Positions 62,401 to 64,000 of a stretch of DNA of 64,000 bases are shown here, in pieces. The stretch lies in the NCBI RefSeq assembly GCF_018977255.1, contig NW_024704742.1, positions 85,810,001-85,874,000 of the forward strand, read 5' to 3'. Within the stretch, counting starts at the first letter, position 1, and every line of letters begins with the position of its first letter. Both the position numbers and the translations under genes were made by a program. The notes beneath the pieces are model-generated. The model was given only the letters and a program-made list of their open reading frames with translations, made no database searches and was not told the DNA's origin. Origin of the DNA: Callorhinchus milii (taxonomy: Eukaryota).

Positions 62401-64000
62401 TCTTGAACAGGTCAGTTCCCCAGGGCTTAACTGTGACAGGAAGCACTCTGCACAATTTAAGTTTATTTTATTTTATTTTCACTTGTATGTGGCCACTCCT
62501 GTGTTGTTTGCCATTGAACTCTTAAATCCTGTCATTGCTGTGTTATCTTAGGGACTTTTTACACTTGTCCTCTCCCCCCCTCCCATATCTCCATAGGTGT
62601 ATTGATTAATTGAGTTTTAAGCAGTGTTATTGCAGTTCCTTACGAGTGTTAGTCCACAACACAAAAGCTAGTGTGAAATTGACATCAGATTGACAGACTT
62701 TCTTAGACAGATTGTGTGTGATGGTCTTTTATTCCTGCTGATGCTCATGGTTTTGCTGATGTTCATGGTTTTGCAGTAAAAGTTCTTTTTTTTAAAAAAA
62801 AACTTTGAATCGTTCTAATGAGAAGGTTTCATAATCAAAGGCGAGGGTTACTGAACTGTAGACCTTTCACAAATAGGAAGGAGTAGACAGCTCCCACCTT
62901 ATCTTTCTGCCCTCTCCAGTCTTCTCTTTCACCTCTGGGGTTTGAATACAACCCATACTGGTAGGATGAAAGTCTCCACTTTGGCTGGTGAGTGTCCTGT
63001 CAAATAAGATGTACATTCTGGAGGGTTTCTTTAGCGTACAGCTCAGCATCCTTGCCACTATCTGTCTGTTGTAACTCTGACTCTGGGAAGTTGCGTAGTC
63101 TCAAACTGGTGGTTGGTGGTCTGGAGTAATGACTTCTTGCTTGTGCAGCTTAGGGCATTGTAGCTAAACTGAGAGGTGATGGTACAAAAATAGATGCAAA
63201 GCAGGAAAATATTTTTTGCAAGCAGTTCCCACCCCCCCACCAACTTGTGCTACCTGCAATGTTATTTTAAGGTTGCTATTTCAGTTCAACAAGCAGCTTC
63301 GCCCATGGACTTTCAGAAGGAAACTTCCACGTAATCAGTGACTCAGTATGTAAGTACATTCATAGGTACACAATGTAATCCTGGGTGGTTAGAAACGCAC
63401 CTGAAAATAAAGAGCTTTCAGGTGTTCCCTTTAATTTGAAAGGTGGGTGCTACATCAAATGCAAGAATTATAAAAAGTGCATGATCCAGAGTGGAAAGTT
63501 TGCACACGGAAGAAGGAAAAAAAATTGTGCAACACTTCAAAATTCCATTGCATTTTTCAAAGCGTAACTTCTTTTAGATACATTTTGTTGCAAACATAAA
63601 AATCAGTGTTTTCAGCATGACCAGTAATGTGAAGAATTTTGCTTCTCTTGAGCCGAGACAGAACTTTTTTTTTTCCTTGAACAAAGATTCAAGCATTCCT
63701 TCTGTAGCAGGAGGCCATAAGACTTTGAAGGAAATTTATTCAATGCTGGTATGCATTCAACCTAGTTTGAGGATATTTTTTTAAACTGGGCACATTGTAA
63801 GTTGGCACCAGGCCATAAAATAACAGGCCTCTTTGTGCTGTCTTTGAAAAGAACAGCATCTAAAATCCAATCGCCACCTATAGATTTGAGTATCATTACA
63901 CAATTTTACTTCACTTGAAATTTGCCATAAGTGCCTAATGTAATCAATTTTTGCATTCTTTCATTTCATCATTGTATTCTACAGTAAAGTCAAACAAACT

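Noticed and set aside
41935..64000. Remaining ABHD17B exons (YG..PENV..YGQSIG; IDK..K..SPVL.IHG)
   Set aside because: Not found by eye or in the ORF track; the intron apparently exceeds 22 kb.

Overview
Eukaryotic (vertebrate) genomic DNA; the CR1/L2 LINE and Deu-domain SINE content suggests a cartilaginous fish (inference). Two genes lie head-to-head around a CpG-island promoter (~37750-38810). A complete 4-exon C9orf85 homolog is on the minus strand (CDS exons 37693-37794, 17196-17302, 14790-14903, 3182-3464; 606 nt, 201 aa, all GT-AG and phase-compatible). The 5' part of ABHD17B is on the plus strand (probable non-coding exon ending at 38657, first coding exon 41468-41934; the catalytic-Ser exon was not found, so it probably lies beyond the window). 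The rest is intron or intergenic DNA dense in decayed CR1 and L2 LINEs, tRNA-derived SINEs sharing the L2 3' stem-loop, a probable solo LTR and a 2-kb G-rich minisatellite. I found no convincing new multi-gene system. The most unusual signals are: an old duplicate of the C9orf85 exon-1/intron-1 region just downstream of the gene; several locally templated duplications or insertions next to or inside transposons; a 25-bp pre-miRNA-like hairpin; and a compensatory base-pair change between the LINE and SINE tails. All alignments were made by eye, and repeat boundaries are approximate unless a TSD is given.
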